Assembly (NCBI GenBank): GCA_965217865.1
Contig: CBDCJO010000002.1
Location: 992,001 to 1,056,000, forward strand
Length of the DNA stretch: 64,000 nt
Reading direction: 5' to 3'
Origin: Candidatus Latescibacterota bacterium
GTDB taxonomy: Bacteria; Latescibacterota; UBA2968; SICM01
Each line of letters opens with the position of its first letter. The stretch's first letter is position 1. This document shows, one piece after another, positions 40,041 to 51,860 of this stretch. Both the position numbers and the translations under genes were made by a program. Below the pieces are notes generated by a model, which made no database searches, had not been told where the DNA came from, and saw only the letters and a program-made list of their open reading frames with translations.

Positions 40041-41409
40041 CGAGGTATCGGTCCGAGAGAGCCGATGCGGTGATGAGCATCGGAACTGTGGCAATGAGTA
40101 TTTACCTCTTGAATGCCTGCTTCGCGATTTTTCGCTCGTCGATGCACTTCCGGTTTTTCCAGGCGCGTCCGAGCGTTCTCCACAGGCCGCCTTCCTCAAA
40201 CGGGTTCAGGGTCGCCGCGAGCCCCAGCCTCTTGGGCGCCGGGGGGCTTGTCTTCCACACGCGGGCGGGGATCCGTAACGAGGGACCCTTCAGCTCGATC
40301 TCTTCCCCGCTCCTCTGATCGCTCACGACCAGGGCGAGCGCGATCTGCAAGTCGGGACTGTCCACGCCGAGATCTGCCGCAGGTATGCTCAGGATCGGAG
40401 CGAAGCGATAGGTGTGATCGGAAGTCGTGCGTCTCTCTTCTGGTTCCACGAAGCTGATCCAGCTGGCCTCTCCTCTCGACGTTGTCGTGAAGCGCCGGGG
40501 CGAAGGCGGCTCGCCCGGCTCACTCGCCTGGTAGGTCGCCACCTCATGTCCTTGGACGCGCCTCTCTCTCGTACGGGCCTTCATCTTCAGCATGTAGGAG
40601 GTCGCGCCCCAGTTCGTCCCGGCATGGAGCTCGAGTGCCACGAGCTCTACTCCGACCACGACTCGGGTTCCCGTGCTTGGCAGGTATCCGGCGATTACCG
40701 TGACTAGCGCGCTTGCGCGTCCATCCCCCGAGTCCATCAGCGTGTACGCTCGCGTGGTATACGGCTCCTCGTCCGCACAACTCCGACCCGGCCGGGGAAA
40801 TTTGTGCCAACTGAAGTGAGAGCGAATCTTATGACCGAGGGGTACGATATAACCATAGAGGCCGATTACTACGTCGTCGTTGAGGCGGCACCTAAATAAA
40901 AAGGATGTTGGCAAATGACCATGCATCAAAGGTGGAAAGACGACGAGGACGCCGGGATGGCCCCGTTCCAGCCGGTGACGCCCGTCAACCCGGAGAGAGC
41001 AAGAAAGTATGAGGAAGCGTTTAAAATGTATGATCTGACCGGGGACGAGAAATATCTCGACATTTTCAACCCCGTCAAGAATGAGGAGAAGAAGGATGCC
41101 TAACATGGCGCTTTTTCCCGACCGTGCCACGACAGTCCCGGCCCTTATGGGCGTGGTGGACGGGTTCCCCGACACCGTCCGCCGATTTCTCTTAACTGGT
41201 ATCGTTCGTAAGGCTGTGAATCTACCGCAAACACGTCACCTCCGACGGCTCCCCGCCTTGCGAAAAGGCCATGTTTCGCCTTGAACCCCCCTTTTCCCAG
41301 GATTAGCAGTGTCGCCGGGGTATGCGCCCCGGCCTTCGTTGAGCGGCCAGGCACGTCAACAACGCATCTTTGGTCCCTCGACCGAGGACATTGATGAAAT
41401 CAAGCGGTT

Positions 41410-41790
41410 GGGCGGCATCGACAGCCAATGGATTCGAGACGGATGTCTTCCTGGTGACCAAGGCCAAAGCCAAGGAACTCAAAGCGGCACCTGGAGATCC
41501 GCCACCGCCGCAACCGGAACCCACGCCAAGCCCAGATCCGGAACCCGAGCCAACTCCGGGCACTCCGAAAACAACACTTCGACTTGCGGGCAGCGTTCCC
41601 CCCGAAGTCTGGAACCGGCTCGGAACCAGGATTCTGCCCAAGCTGCGGTTGAGGGACGACCTCAGCGTCGGCATCGAGTTCTCGGTAAGCGTCAGTTCAC
41701 AGTTTGCACGGAAACATGGAGACGGAACTGAATCAGATTCTGGATGATCTCGGCCTTGGTGAGCGGATTCGCGTCGAGAGATCAAGAGTA
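41410..41790 (+). pseudogene. DUF499-type ATPase C-terminal fragment
   Basis: Pro-rich linker plus LAGSVPPEVWNRLGTRILPKL; frameshift near the end. Confidence 0.55.
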
Positions 41791-42107
41791 AAGAGTCCGG
41801 GCAATGACGAATGACGAGACAGCAAGGTTCTTTAACGAGACACGAGCCTTCATCCAGGGTAACCCGGATCTGCAAAACCCTCATGTGGAAGGGCGGTTCC
41901 GTACACGCCAACACCTTCGCAACAGTTCCGGGCATGCCATTCGGGCCAGGTCGCAGTCGATGCTGTTCGACGTTGAGGTGGACCGGATGCTGACCGTCAT
42001 TCGGGAGTGACCTGATTCATCGAAATTTCGCCTGTACCGACGATTGGAAATATAATCCAAGACCTGTTACAATAACCGATGATGACAAACAACAAGGAGA
42101 ATTATGG

Positions 42108-43053
42108 GTGAGTAGGGCGACATTTGGTTTCACTCCGGCGGTTTTCGCAACATTTATACTGCTACTGACAACGAACGCGGCAGCTTCCGAGAAGAAAAGC
42201 GTCACCCGCCAGGGATTCTATTTTGGCATGGATACAGGAGTGTCTCTACCGCGAGATCTCGAGTCCACCCGTACGAACACCGGCATTCCGACGAACTGCG
42301 ATCAGTGGTTGGACGAGTTCACTTTCGGCGATGGCGCCAAAGTGCCATACACGATCGAACAATGTGATCCCAGGGTCTGGCCGGTAAGTCCGAATCATTT
42401 TGATCTTGGCGCCGGTTTTCTGGCAGGCGCCAATCTCGGCTATGCCTTGCACAACTTTCGCATTGAAGCCGAATACTTTCACCGCGAGCAGACTGGTGAA
42501 CATTTGCCATTGATTGTTCCCGGCGACGAAAAACAGCAAGAGTTTGTTGAGCGAAGTGAAAAAACCAGTGACTTTCGTGCCAACAACTTTTTCGCAAACC
42601 TCTACTATGATTTTCAAAACACGATATCGCCCAAGGTGATCCCCAACTTGGGCGTTGGGTTGGGTTTGATGCATACGACAATGGATTACTCGGCGACATC
42701 TATCAGGACAAACGACATGAACGAACTGATAAGACTGGGGCGAAACCCCAACGCGGCCGGCCTGGCATCCTTAGCCAACGAGGTGCTGTCCGATAATTTG
42801 CTTGGTTATCAGTTGATCGCAGGTTTGAATTACGCCTTGAGCGAGCCGGTTTTACGTAGGAACAAAATTACGCTACGGGGATGCCTTTGACGATTTCAAA
42901 GACGACGACAATGAGTGGAAGCCGTTGAGGGGCCACGAATCCACCGTCGGGCCGCCGGGGGAGCCGGGGGGTAATCTGCTCGTCCGTTACGGGATTACAG
43001 CCGACGATTTGAATTTCTGGGGTATTTCACTGGATCTGAAATACTTTTTTTAA
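42108..43053 (+). pseudogene. Second opacity-like OM beta-barrel, frameshifted near 42855
   Basis: Signal peptide, GYALHNFRIEAEY, FANLYYDF, YQLIAGLNY; continues in another frame to LKYFF*. Confidence 0.7.
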
Positions 43054-43076
43054 CAGCTATAGCCAAGAGCCGTAGA

Positions 43077-43106
43077 GTTTTCCCCCACACGCGTGGGGAT
43101 GTACCG
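43077..43106 (+). CRISPR. Single orphan type I-E-like CRISPR repeat (no array)
   Basis: GTTTTCCCCCACACGCGTGGGGATGTACCG; no second repeat at +/-61 nt. Confidence 0.65.
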
Positions 43107-43182
43107 ATGACCTGCTGAATACAATAGCCTATTCATCCGGGAATTATCACCCAATTACACTTGACAGTATCTCCAAATCCGA

Positions 43183-45339
43183 TCACGATGCAATCTCCAT
43201 CGCCAACCACTCATCGAGTTTCGACCAGCGCCGTCTGCCGGAGACATTCTTTACCGCGATGGCGACGGCCTTGCGCTGTCCGACCAGCACAACGAGTCGC
43301 TTGCCGCGCGTGATCCCGGTGTAGAGCAGGTTGCGCTGAAGCATGGCATAGTGCTGTGTCAGCACCGGGATGACCACGGCGGGATATTCGGAGCCCTGGC
43401 TCTTGTGTATAGTCGTCGCATAGGCGGGAACCAACATGTCCAGTTCACCGAAACCATAGACGACGCTTCGCCCGTCGAACCCGGCGGTCAGTTCGCCGTC
43501 CTCTGCATCGATGGTTTCCACATAGCCGATATCACCGTTGTAGACGTCCTTATCGTAATCGTTCTCGATCTGCATGACCTTGTCGCCCAGCGCGAAGGTC
43601 CAGCCGAAGCGCTCGACCTTCGCCTCGCCAGCGGGGTTCAGCGCCGCCTGCAACTCTATATTGAGCGACCGGGCGCCGACGCCGCCCCGGTTCATCGGGC
43701 AGAGCACCTGTATATCGCGCACCGGATCAAGGTCGAAGCGGCAGGGAATGCGCGATCGGACGAGGGTCAGGATGCGTTTCACCGCCTGTTCCGGATCCTC
43801 CGTCGGCACGAAGTAGAAGTCGCTCTTTCCATCGGCGGCGGTGAGATCCGGCATCTTGCCCGCGTTGATCCGGTGGGCATTGGTGACGATCCGGCTCTGG
43901 GCGGCCTGCCGGAACACCTCGGTCAGGCGCACGACGGGGATCGCGCCGGAATTGATGATATCGGCAAGCACCTGACCCGGCCCGACCGAGGGCAACTGAT
44001 CGATGTCGCCGACGATCAGCAGGGCGGCGTGATCGGGCATGGCCTTCAGCAGCGATTGCATGAGCATGACATCGACCATGGAGCTTTCGTCTACCACGAG
44101 CAGGTCGCAGTCGAGCGAGCTGTCTTCGTTGCGCCGGAACCCGAAGGCTTTCGGGTCGAACTCCAGCAGCCTGTGGATGGTCTTCGCTTCCATCCCGGTG
44201 GCCTCGGACATGCGCTTGGCCGCCCGGCCCGTGGGGGCGCAGAGCAGGAGTTTCACGCCCTTGGTCAGAAGAATGCGCAGGATCGCATTGACGATGGTAG
44301 TCTTACCCACGCCGGGACCGCCGGTGATAACGATCACCTTCGAACGCAGCGCGAGGCGCACCGCGTCGGCCTGGCTGTCGGCAAGGGTGAGACCAGTACG
44401 GGCCTCGACCCAGGGAAGCGCCTTGCCTGCGTCGATTTCCGGCCAGGGTAGCGGCCCACGGGTCAGCCGCCGCAGGTGTCCGGCGATGGTCTGTTCCGCG
44501 TGATAGAGACCGCTCAGGAAGACGCAGGGGGTTCCGGCCACGCTGTTGGCGGTCACGGTCTTCTCGGTCAACTCTATCTCAAGTGCGGTCGCGATGAGGT
44601 CTTCGGGCACCTCGAGAAGCTTCACTGCAAGCGCTGTCAGCTCCGATCCCGGCAGGCCGCAATGACCCTCGCCCATGGCTTCGGTCAGTGCAAACGAGAC
44701 GCCGGCGCGCACCCGGATCATGGCAGTCTTCTCGATGCCGAGCTTTTCGGCGATCAGATCGGCGGTGCGAAAGCCAATCCCCCTGATGTGGCGTGCCAGG
44801 CAGTAAGGGTTTTCGCTTATAACCTGCACCGCATCGGCGCCGTAGGTCTTGAAGATCCGCACCGCGCGCGCTGTGCCGACGCCGTGCTGGTGCAGGAACA
44901 CCATGATCTCGCGGATCATTTTCTGATCTGCCCAGGCCGATGTGATCCTGCCGGCCCGCTTAGGCCCGATCCCCTCGACCTCGCGCAGCCGCTCGGGACT
45001 AGCCTCGATGATGTCGAACACGTCTTTGCCAAACAGGCGAACCATGCGCTTCGCATAAACCGGTCCGATCCCCCGTATCATGCCGGAGCCGAGATATTTT
45101 TCGATACCCTCGAACGACGAGGGGGCGGAAGCCTTCAGGAAACACGCGCGGAACTGCAGGCCGTGGGTCCGGTCATTGGTCCATTCCCCCGAGGCGGTGA
45201 TCCATTCTCCGGCGGAGATCATCGCGGCATGACCCACAGCGGTGATGAGATCGCGCTGGCCCCTGGCCTTGACGCGCAGCACGCAGAAGCCGTTCTCGGG
45301 GTTGTGGAAGGTCACCCGCTCGACCAGACCGGCGAGCAC
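43183..45339 (-). CDS. recD2: ATP-dependent RecD2-like helicase
   Basis: GLVERVTFHN, HhH repeats, TGGPGVGKTT, DESSM, HKSQGSEY, LLYTGITRGK. Confidence 0.93.
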   Translation of the reverse strand: MLAGLVERVTFHNPENGFCVLRVKARGQRDLITAVGHAAMISAGEWITASGEWTNDRTHGLQFRACFLKASAPSSFEGIEKYLGSGMIRGIGPVYAKRMVRLFGKDVFDIIEASPERLREVEGIGPKRAGRITSAWADQKMIREIMVFLHQHGVGTARAVRIFKTYGADAVQVISENPYCLARHIRGIGFRTADLIAEKLGIEKTAMIRVRAGVSFALTEAMGEGHCGLPGSELTALAVKLLEVPEDLIATALEIELTEKTVTANSVAGTPCVFLSGLYHAEQTIAGHLRRLTRGPLPWPEIDAGKALPWVEARTGLTLADSQADAVRLALRSKVIVITGGPGVGKTTIVNAILRILLTKGVKLLLCAPTGRAAKRMSEATGMEAKTIHRLLEFDPKAFGFRRNEDSSLDCDLLVVDESSMVDVMLMQSLLKAMPDHAALLIVGDIDQLPSVGPGQVLADIINSGAIPVVRLTEVFRQAAQSRIVTNAHRINAGKMPDLTAADGKSDFYFVPTEDPEQAVKRILTLVRSRIPCRFDLDPVRDIQVLCPMNRGGVGARSLNIELQAALNPAGEAKVERFGWTFALGDKVMQIENDYDKDVYNGDIGYVETIDAEDGELTAGFDGRSVVYGFGELDMLVPAYATTIHKSQGSEYPAVVIPVLTQHYAMLQRNLLYTGITRGKRLVVLVGQRKAVAIAVKNVSGRRRWSKLDEWLAMEIAS

Positions 45340-45374
45340 CTCACGGGCCGCATCTCCTGATCTGATAGCGCCGA

Positions 45375-45682
45375 CTATTCCTTTGCTCCTTTTGGAATAT
45401 TGAACGCCTGCACCGCCAGATAAAGATCTCTGGCTGGATCATCTTTCTGTCTGAACAAGTACCGGACATGCGTATCGCTGACTTTCCGTAGCTCTTGCTT
45501 AAAGTTTAGGTGCTCTGGAACAGCCGTCGCGATCTTGGCGAGAACGTCGGTAAAGCCCACATTCTTGCTGAACAGGAGTAGTGCCGCCTTCGTGTCCCTC
45601 CAAGTCAAGCACCCAAGTATCTGGTCGATGGCGGTATGCAATGCCTTCTGTCCCTCCCAGAACTTGCATTCGGCGATAAAGC
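45375..45682 (-). pseudogene. PD-(D/E)XK-type nuclease C-terminal fragment
   Basis: FIAECKFWEGQK..AIDQILGCLTWRDTKAAL; 5' part replaced by the ISL3 remnant. Confidence 0.6.
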
Positions 45683-45683
45683 G

Positions 45684-46163
45684 TTTAAGAGTGGATCAAT
45701 AATAATCTAGAAAAGCCACCGGTTTTCTTCTACAGTTGGGTAACGCACCTAACCTGACGAAAGGAGAATCCCGATGGCTATACAGGATTATATCGACAGG
45801 CTGGTTGGTCTGCAAGGATTTTATGTGATCAAGCTGAGGTTCCGCGAGGATCTCTCGACTCTCTGGATAGAGGTTTCGCGACGGGAGGAGGAGTACCACT
45901 GCACGTGTGGTCGGACGTATCGATCGTGCTACGATTCCCGTCTACGTTCGGTCAGGGATCTGAGTTTCGGACCCTTCGGTCGTGTCTGGATCGAGTTCTC
46001 CCAGTGCCGGATACGTTGTGCGACGTGCGGCGTTCGGACTGAGTATCTGGATTGGGTGGAACCTCGTGTTGGTTACATCAAACGCTTGGCTGGAGCTGTA
46101 GCTTTGGCCTGTAGAGAAATCCGGTCGATCAAAGCGATTGCCCAGCAGTTCAGGTTGCACTGG
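45684..46163 (+). mobile_element. Truncated ISL3 copy (5' part)
   Basis: Near-identical to the first ~130 codons and left end of the ISL3 at 54819-56145. Confidence 0.88.
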
Positions 46164-46279
46164 ACAGGCGCAGGAGAGCCTCACGGCGACGGTGCGGGTA
46201 TTTCGGGTGACTACCGCGCCGATCCTGAGCAGCCGTAGCCGAAGGGCCCGGCATTGCGCCCGCGCAAGAGCCGTGCCCC

Positions 46280-46377
46280 TCGCGCGGCCAGCCGAGGTCT
46301 AGAACGCGGTCCACGCGCGACAGGACATGATCCTCAGGCACCAGTTGCTGAAGCAAGCCCGTGACGAACAACTCCAA
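46280..46377 (-). pseudogene. IS1182/IS5-type transposase N-terminal fragment
   Basis: LELFVTG..LVPEDHVLSRVDRVLDLGW. Confidence 0.6.
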
Positions 46378-46704
46378 GTGGTAATGTAATACGTCTCACA
46401 TCTACTGGTACAAAAACTTCGGCCTGGTCAATCAATCGCCTAACGAAAAACCGATAGGATTCGCCTCGATCAACTCGATAACATGACGAATACCAATTGC
46501 GAGACGATACCATGGTTTTCCTGAACGTATAGCCCCGAGATGTCCATAATGCGCTCGGATTGACTATATCTAAATTGGCTGAAATAGCATGCTCAATCTG
46601 TGTTTGGGAGCCCATAGCGGAGTGTCCAAGGCACGTATTTGGTCGGCAAGCAATTCCAATCTCCCAATCGCTCTGTGACAGGGATTTGGCGATCTTGACC
46701 AATC

Positions 46705-46940
46705 CAACTCCCGGTGCTCAGAAGACAACGCTTCGGCTTTCGGGCACCGTGCCTCCCGAAGTTTGGAACCGGCTCGGAACCAAAGTGCTACCCAAGCTGC
46801 GGTCCGGAGACGACCTCAGCGTGGGCATCGATTTCTCAGTGAGCGTCGGCTCCGGGTTTGCACAGAACATGGAGGCCGAGTTGCAGCAGATTCTGGACGA
46901 CCTCGGCCTGAGCGACCGGGTCCGTGTGGAAAAATCATAA
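46705..46940 (+). pseudogene. Second DUF499-type C-terminal fragment
   Basis: LSGTVPPEVWNRLGTKVLPKLRSG...LDDLGLSDRVRVE; paralogous to 41410-41790. Confidence 0.55.
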
Positions 46941-46961
46941 GCTCGAACGGAGGTCACTGGA

Positions 46962-47072
46962 ATGAAATTGCTCCCGAAACGATTCAGAGTTCTGAATTAT
47001 CGCAATATCGACGACAGTAACTGGATTCCGCTCGAACGCGTTACGGCTTTAGTCGGGCGGAACGAGTCAGGG
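46962..47072 (+). pseudogene. OLD/AAA ATPase N-terminal fragment
   Basis: FRVLNYRNIDDS..VTALVGRNESG, cut inside Walker A. Confidence 0.65.
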
Positions 47073-47305
47073 CCACATCGGAGTCAAGACCTCCAGCACG
47101 TCAGCCGTCGTGATCTCCGACACCGAACACCGGCTCAGGCGCGGGAACACGTAATGACGAAGCGAATGTTCCCATTGCGTCTCGCTCTTGCCGTTGCTCT
47201 TCGACGCCGGCCAAATCCTCGAACGGGACATCTAATAGGGTTCAACCGCGTTCTTGAGATACACAACTCGCAGCGCCTCGACAGGCACGCGAAGAGATTT
47301 CGCCC

Positions 47306-47872
47306 ATGACGCATGAACAGATCACCGCGCTGACCGCGACAGGCGAATCCGAAACTCTGGAGTTCAAGCACACGACGGGAACACGCCGCGAGGCGGTCAG
47401 CACCGTGTGCGCCATGTTGAACCAGCGTGGCGGTCACGTGCTGTTCGGCGTCACACCGGAAGGAGATGTAGTCGGACAGCAGGTGAGCGCCAAGATCCAA
47501 AGGATCGAGCCGTCAGCCTTCACGGCAGTCAGCGAGGGCAAAAACCTTAATGGCTTTTTGAGCAGGAAGATTGACGGATCGAGTCTGGCGTGTAGGTGGT
47601 TGGCACAGAAGCTGCTGCATGAAATTGGACGCCATCAAGCTTACTTCGATACCCAACCTTCGGACCTACGATCCGCACTGGAGGACAAAGGGTTGGAGAA
47701 AGCAGGTGAAATGGAATTCGAACTTGTCTTACTGGATGGCTTGAATCCATCGGATGAACTGATTGATTCCCTGAGAGAAGATCAATGTTTGAGTAGAGAC
47801 CTTTATCAAATGGGTTTCGCGGTGGTGGAACGGACAACGCGTTCGCCTATCGTGGTTTCCCTCGAAGAGTAA
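47306..47872 (+). pseudogene. AlbA_2/Schlafen DNA-binding N-terminus fused to an unrelated fragment
   Basis: GESETLEFK..VCAMLNQRGGHVLFGV. Confidence 0.65.
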
Positions 47873-47874
47873 CC

Positions 47875-48599
<725 letters not shown>

Positions 48600-48610
<11 letters not shown>

Positions 48611-48728
48611 AGAAGTTAGTGGCGGCCATGGATAAGCCGCCGCCCAAGGGGATACGCCACCTGGACGGGTCCGTTGCTTGCCGAAAAGCTGGGCCTCTCC
48701 GAGCACTACGTCTGGCGTATCTTGCGCC
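48600..48728 (+). pseudogene. IS630 transposase internal fragment
   Basis: PPKGYATWTGPLLAEKLGLSEHYVWRILR. Confidence 0.6.
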
Positions 48729-49447
48729 GTGACCTTCTTGGAGACATTATCCGCAACGTTGCATCCGGCCTGTGCCGCTAGCTTGCTGGCTTCTCTTCGG
48801 GGAACACTAAGTTCACCGGTAAACAATATTGTTTCGCCATAAAGCGATCCATCCGGATTAGCCTCTGGCCCAAAAACAGAGGCCCTGTCAGATGGCGGAA
48901 AAATTGACCGGTTAACTAGATGCAGCCAATCTGCAATTTCAGTATCAGTAGCTGTGCAGGCTCTCAGTACAATTTCAGCTGCCGCCCTTGCATCTTCCAA
49001 TGCATCATGGTGATTGAAGACAATATCAAGGTCCGTGGCAACATTCTTGAGCCCCCATCCGCTCTTTCCGTATTGTTCGGGCCATGCACGACGAACAATT
49101 CTTGCACTATCGAGCCAAGTGACACGAAGGGGTTCAAGATCATGCTCCTTCAATGCCCGTTCGACCGAGACACGATCAAATGAAGTGTGGCTTATCAGGA
49201 TGGACCCGCTTAGACGGTCCAATTCTCCCCTGATGTCGGAGAAGGAAGGGCTATTCTTCACATCCTGCGCATTGATTCCGTGTATTGAAACGTTAAGGGG
49301 GTCGAACCAGGCGTTCGGATCGATTAGCGACTGCCAGTGATCTGTGATTACTCCGTCCCGCACGTGGACGATACCAATTTGACAAATGCTTGCACGATCA
49401 GCGTTAGCTGTCTCGACGTCTATAGCATTGAAAGTTAGCGTCTCCAA
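48729..49447 (-). pseudogene. DEDDh 3'-5' exonuclease + BRCT, 3'-truncated
   Basis: AIDVETAN, HHDALEDA, FTGELS..NVSKKVT then junction. Confidence 0.8.
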
Positions 49448-49491
49448 GACAGACTCCCTGAAGGTTATATCTGACGGACCCGAATTTGATG

Positions 49492-50010
49492 CTATCTCAA
49501 GCTCGGCTCAGCGGCTTGCCTCAGGGTGGCGTCGTTGAGATGGACGTAGCGGTTTGTCATGGACGCCCGGCGATGCCCGAGCAGGCGACCGGCGACATGC
49601 AGGCTTTCGCCGTTCATGACCGCGTGCGATGCGTGCGCATGGCGCAGGTCCTGAAGCCTAGCATCGGCCACGATTCCGGTCGCGTCGCGCGCCTTGATCC
49701 AGAACCTCCACAGATCGTCTGTATTCAACGGCCTGTCTCCCTTGTCGCCCGGAAACACCCACTCCCCGGACAGCTGACGCGGCGAGACCTTCCAGCAGCT
49801 CCCGTGCGGCCTCGCCGAGCAGAACGTGCCTCGGTCCCATCTTCGCGTCAATCAGGGCGAGCCGGTCCGGCTTGACCTCGCACCAGCGCAGGCAGCGTAT
49901 CTCGCCCGCCCCGCATTCGGTCAGCAGGAGCAGGCGCACCGCCGCGACGCATACCGGGTTTTCGTCCTCGCGCAGGCGGAGGACCGCACCGAGCCTCGCC
50001 AGATCGACCG
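49492..50010 (-). pseudogene. Tyrosine recombinase C-terminal fragment (degenerate)
   Basis: LLLLTECGAGEI, LQDLRHAHAS, LLGH, RYVH; frameshifted. Confidence 0.8.
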
Positions 50011-50027
50011 CGCCAAGCAGCCGCGAA

Positions 50028-50159
50028 GAAATAGACGCCACGCTTCGGCCACGGCACTCGACCGTGGCACTCGGACAATTTGCACGTTCCGGCCAGCCGG
50101 TCCTCGAGCAAGCTCAGCAGACTATAGAACCGCCTGAGTTGACCAAGACGCGACATCAT
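50028..50159 (-). pseudogene. N-terminal fragment of a putative nuclease-like gene
   Basis: MSRLGQLRRFYSLL..WPKRGVYFF, coupled to the upstream stop, then cut. Confidence 0.45.
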
Positions 50160-50641
50160 CAGAGACGACTTTGCTGCCCCACTCTCTCGATAGATTCCGC
50201 AATAACAGCAAGCGACTTTGGACCACCGAACAATCCCTTCGCGTGCATCTCGCAGAGGCTGCGTGTTTCCAAGTCGGCGAGGCACTTGAATATGGCAGAT
50301 ACGGCTTGCTGCCTAGACTTAATGTGAGATATGTCTTTTCCTTGCTGCTCGAGAAATGCTCGAGCACTATTGACGTTTGGAATGAATGCCTTCGTTTCAA
50401 ATCGCTGCGCAAGAACCAAAAGAATATCTCTCTTGCGCTCATCGTCAACTCCTAGAGTCTCCACGATAGCAATCGCGTTTTGTCTCACCCTCGACTTGTC
50501 GTGGCCACCAAGGGACGATTTTCTTGATACGCCAACTCTGGTTTCGTTCGCGGAAAAATCATCTAACGATTTGCGAACTTCGTGATATCCGAAATCGTCA
50601 ACAAGTGCCGACAAGATTCTGTGCAAAGTGCCCTCTTGCAT
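50159..50641 (-). CDS. Hypothetical protein downstream of ParA
   Basis: GAGGA RBS, 160-aa ORF in operon. Confidence 0.7.
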   Translation of the reverse strand: MQEGTLHRILSALVDDFGYHEVRKSLDDFSANETRVGVSRKSSLGGHDKSRVRQNAIAIVETLGVDDERKRDILLVLAQRFETKAFIPNVNSARAFLEQQGKDISHIKSRQQAVSAIFKCLADLETRSLCEMHAKGLFGGPKSLAVIAESIERVGQQSRL

Positions 50642-50654
50642 GGGATCGTCCTCG

Positions 50655-51527
50655 CTACTGAAGCCCCATTATTGCTAAGAATTCCTCTGATATTTTCCGA
50701 AACTCCGGTCGGGCATTTCCGGTGTAACTAGGATATAACTCTCTCATCAACTTGGGGTACCCGCGGGAAAGAAACATTTCGTTTTCCATGATGGGCCAAT
50801 TGTATTTGCTAGCTTGTTCGTGGATTTCATTCCAAGCATTCTGATGATGCGGCCCGCGAGGAGACTCAGTTGATTCGCTGTTGTTAATCAGTACTCCGCA
50901 TACATCGATTGCATGGGTTGGATTTTCGGACTTAAATTTATCGAGAGACTCCTTTAGAAGTGGAAATCCGATAGTGGAGAAGAATTCTGTGCGAACTGGA
51001 ACAAGAATGTAGCGGGATGCGTAGTATGCAGTTCTCGTTATGATGGACTCTGTAGGCGCACAGTCGATAAGTATGAGATCTTTTTTCGTCATTTTCTTGG
51101 AAATGAATCTTGCCAACGCCCGGGCATCAGGTTTTACGGACCCAATCAGATTATCTGAGAAGTCAAATCTGGAAGGAATGAGATGAAAATCTTCGTTGGA
51201 ACCGACTTGTTTTACTACTTGGTTCTCGTTTATTGGAGTCGGCGCTGTATGTTGGCGAGACGGCGGTTTGTAGCCGTTCAAGAGCTCTACAATGGAGAGC
51301 TCGCCGTGCTCCATGAATTCTCTATATTCGTTCTCCGTCATGAGAGCTTGGCTCAAGTTAGATTGAGGATCTATATCAACAGCCAACACCTCTAGACCTT
51401 TGTTCGCAGCGTATTTCGCCAGCAGCGCGGCAATAGTCGTCTTACCAACGCCACCCTTCAAGTTGATTATCGATGCGACAATTGGAGTCTTCTTGGCTTT
51501 CTTGGGCACGTCGCTCTCCGCAGTCAC
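50655..51527 (-). CDS. ParA family ATPase
   Basis: NLKGGVGKTT, DIDPQSN, ILIDCAP. Confidence 0.9.
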   Translation of the reverse strand: MTAESDVPKKAKKTPIVASIINLKGGVGKTTIAALLAKYAANKGLEVLAVDIDPQSNLSQALMTENEYREFMEHGELSIVELLNGYKPPSRQHTAPTPINENQVVKQVGSNEDFHLIPSRFDFSDNLIGSVKPDARALARFISKKMTKKDLILIDCAPTESIITRTAYYASRYILVPVRTEFFSTIGFPLLKESLDKFKSENPTHAIDVCGVLINNSESTESPRGPHHQNAWNEIHEQASKYNWPIMENEMFLSRGYPKLMRELYPSYTGNARPEFRKISEEFLAIMGLQ

Positions 51528-51860
51528 TCGACTATTCGTTTGAGATCAGGGTTACTGTACTGCAAGCGTAGTTCTATTGCCACCGCGACGCGCTCAGCGG
51601 CTTTGCTCAGGGTCGCGTCGTCGAGATGGACGTAGCGGTTGGTCGTGGTGGCCCGGCGATGCCCGAGCAAGCGCCCCGCGACATGCAGGCCTTCGCCGTT
51701 CATGACCGCGTGCGAGGCGTGCGCATGCCGCAGGTCATGAAGCCGCGCATCGGCCACGATTCCGGCCGCGTCGCGCGCCTTGATCCAGAACCTCCACAGG
51801 TCATCCGTACTCAACGGCCCGTACCCCTTGTCGCCCGGAAACACCCACTCCCCGGACGCC
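51524..51860 (-). pseudogene. Tyrosine recombinase C-terminal fragment
   Basis: WVFPG..LHDLRHAHAS..LLGH..RYVH; N-terminus missing. Confidence 0.82.

Noticed and set aside
40102-41175. 357-aa ORF as a single gene
   Set aside because: Spans compositionally different fragments and overlaps a small plus-strand ORF; only the 3' ~210 codons may be real, with no recognisable family
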